Assembly: GCA_964106645.2 (NCBI GenBank)
Contig: OZ067045.1
Origin: Podarcis pityusensis
Lineage: Eukaryota
DNA length: 64,000 bases
Strand: one strand, 5' to 3'
Shown: piece by piece, positions 61,565 through 64,000 of the stretch
Layout of the letters: each line of letters begins with the position of its first letter
How positions within the stretch are numbered: position 1 is the stretch's first letter
Position numbers and translations under genes: made by a program
Notes under the pieces: model-generated
Told to the model about the DNA's origin: nothing
The model's input: the letters and a program-made list of their open reading frames with translations, nothing else
Database searches by the model: none

Positions 61565-61822
61565 TTGTTGTTGTTTAGTGGTGTCCGACTCTTTGTGACC
61601 CCGTGGACCAGAGCATGCCAGGCCCTTCTGTCTTCCACTGCCTCCCGCAGTTTGGTCAAACTCATGCTGGTAGCTTCGAAGACACTATCCAACCATATCA
61701 TCCTCTGTTGTCCCCTTCTCCTTGTGCCCTCCATCTTCCCCAACATCAGGGTCTTTTCCAGGGAGTCTTCTCTTCTTATGAGGCGGCCAATGTCTTGGAG
61801 CCTCAGCTTCAGGATCTGTCCT
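61565..61822 (-). mobile_element. Bov-B (RTE) LINE 3' end
   Basis: The minus strand encodes LEKTLMLGKMEGTRRRGQQRMIWLDSV...LREAVEDRRAWHALVHGVTKSRT, followed by a (CAA)n tail. Confidence 0.9.
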
Positions 61823-64000
61823 GAGTTACATCATTTTAACTTGCTTGCCCATGAATTGTGTCCAGTAATTTTAAGTTGTTTTAAACTGTTTTTAAAACAA
61901 CATTGCCTCTCCCCACAGCCAGCAAAAGCAGAATTATCATGTTCTGGTCTGACACCAGATCCCATGCAGTGAGGCAGGTCAGACGTTGCAGGATCACAGA
62001 CCAGGCTGAGGACGCAAATATCCCCAGCAGAAGCCGAGAGCAAACTGAGGCCCTTGAAGCCTCTATCTCCAGACTGTCCCTTCTGGGCCCTCAGACAGCG
62101 CTCCTCTATTCCTTGGCTGCCTCCTTGGTGTGCGCCTTGTGCCACTTGGCCCGCAAGGTGCTGTGGGAAGGAGCGCGTTTGGCTCCTCAGGGGAAGGCAC
62201 CCATAAGGACCCTGGCTCTGGCCCTCCATGCCGCAGTGGCAACAGAGGCTAGCCCACGAGGGTCAGTGGGGTGCTGTCCATCCTCCTGCCTTCTTACTAT
62301 CCCAACTGCTGTATTCCCTCATAGTGTCTTAAATGTGTGTTGACGTCGTTTTCTGATGCACAGACCATAATTGCCGTAATTAACGTGTTCATTACTGCCT
62401 TTCCCCAAAGATTCATTTCAGCTATTAAGATCAGAGTGGCCGTGTCTCCCTGGCAGAGTGTCTGCTTTGCATGCAGAAGGTCTCAGGTACAACCCTCAGA
62501 ACCGCCAGGTAGGGCTGAGAGAGAGACCCCATCTGAAGTCCTGGAGAGCCTGTATGTGGGGGGGGGGGGTCTCAAGGCAGTGAGGGGAATGTCTGTAAAA
62601 ATCACTAGCCCACTTGGACACAACATGCTAAGGATATAAGCTGTCTGTGGCACATGGAGGTGTTTGGGGGGGAGATCTGTCCCTGGTCACTTGGAGGCAA
62701 TTCTTTTCTCGCCTTGGGCAAACAGCTGCTTTAGGACATTTCCTGGCTGCAAGCAGAGGATCATTTATCAGGGTAGAACCTCTGGAAAAAAGTGGTGTGT
62801 TCAAGGCGAGTTGTAAGTATACTGTTTATTTTAAATTTATGTTTAGTACATATTATGGTTTTATTTGGTGTTCCCTTTTATTGTTTTACTTGCATATATT
62901 GCAAACCATTCTGGGATCTTAATCAATAAAAGGTGGCTTAAAAATGGAACAAATAATAAAAAATTTAATTGGTGAGGCGGTGAATAAGTGGCATCTGGTT
63001 TTCCGCTGCCAGGTTATTGACAGGTGTTTCTCCACAAAGTTAGCCACCGTCTGTTTTGCATGTCTCTGTGTTCCTGGGCCCAATTCAAGGTGTTCATTTC
63101 GGCCTGAATACTTGGGACCCAGGTAGTTTTCAGGCTGCCTTTCCCTTTTGACAGACTGGCCAAGGCCATGAGATCAAGGGAAAGGGGACAGGAGACAGGG
63201 CCGTTCTTGTCCTTTGCATTACTTAGTAATGGATCAAAATGTGCCTCTAAACTTTGCTTTTTTGTATTTGAAATGTGTTGCACATTCTTGTTTGGAATCA
63301 ACACATGTAGGCAAAATGGCTCTCTGTCCCCCTGCATTAATTAAAACAAGTTTGCCTATGAATAGCATCACACAGTGTTAAAATGACAACATAAATGATT
63401 TAGCCTACAAAGATGAGTAGATGGAGAAGACCAATTAAGCATATGATATGGTAGCTCAGTCCCAAAGGTGAGCTCAGTCCTTATGCTTGGCCAATGTGGC
63501 ACCTCCAGATGTTAGTTGACTGCAGCTCCCATGGCAAGATGGCTGGGCCAGATCTGGAGGGCACCAGCTTAGTAAAGGCTGACATGTGGTTAAAACATCA
63601 CCAACCACATGTAAGAATCCTAAAAACCATTATTTTGGGGAGGGGGAGTAACCTGGGGGCAGGGGGACAAAAGAAACCCCAACAGCTTGGCAACTGAAGA
63701 TGCTTAGTGACCAGATAATGCTGTATTTCTGTTGGGGGGGGATGGGATGGAGTAAGTTGCGGATTCCTCTTGTATCATCCTAACTTTCTGGAGGGGTGCT
63801 TTGACGATCGGAAATTTGGGGGAACTGTGCAGTAGCAGAGCAGACCAAATGCTCTGAGGAAGGCTTGAGTCCAGAACTTTTCCCACATAGCTCTGCACGG
63901 TGATGTATGTGCCTGTTGCATTCTGGAAAGAGTCCTGCCGAGAGCACCTTCAGAGTATTCACAGCTTAACAGTTCCAAAGGGCAGGAAAGCTCCCAGCTT

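Noticed and set aside
38168-64000. Further CNNM4 exons or a nested protein-coding gene in intron 1
   Set aside because: I found no KSHLAIV/CBS2 or cNMP-domain peptide. The ORFs here are short, lack recognisable homology or derive from TEs. Small exons could have been missed by eye.

Overview
Vertebrate genomic DNA from a squamate, probably a lacertid lizard (Sauria SINE, Bov-B, CR1 and tRNA-derived SINEs). It appears to be the conserved FER1L5(+) / LMAN2L(-) / CNNM4(+) block. (1) A complete LMAN2L (VIPL, L-type lectin) gene lies on the minus strand: 9 coding exons (CDS 28824 to 10627, 1053 nt, 350 aa), all GT-AG and phase-consistent, including a frame-preserving 33-nt cassette exon at 15736-15768. 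(2) CNNM4 exon 1 (36751-38167) lies on the plus strand in a CpG island, followed by more than 25 kb of intron 1. (3) At the left end, a spliced terminal exon (861-1715) starts with the ferlin post-transmembrane motif GYLAMKIINP. It then runs into about 29 copies of a 21-nt Pro/Lys heptad repeat. The best reading is a FER1L5 with an unusually long (284 aa) polycationic luminal/extracellular tail, and this is the most interesting signal in the window. The rest is intronic or intergenic DNA rich in LINE fragments (CR1, L1, L2, RTE/Bov-B), SINEs, hAT and Tc1/mariner MITEs and solo LTRs. Nearly all short ORFs in the supplied track are spurious. Gene and repeat-family names come from recalled sequence similarity, not from database searches.
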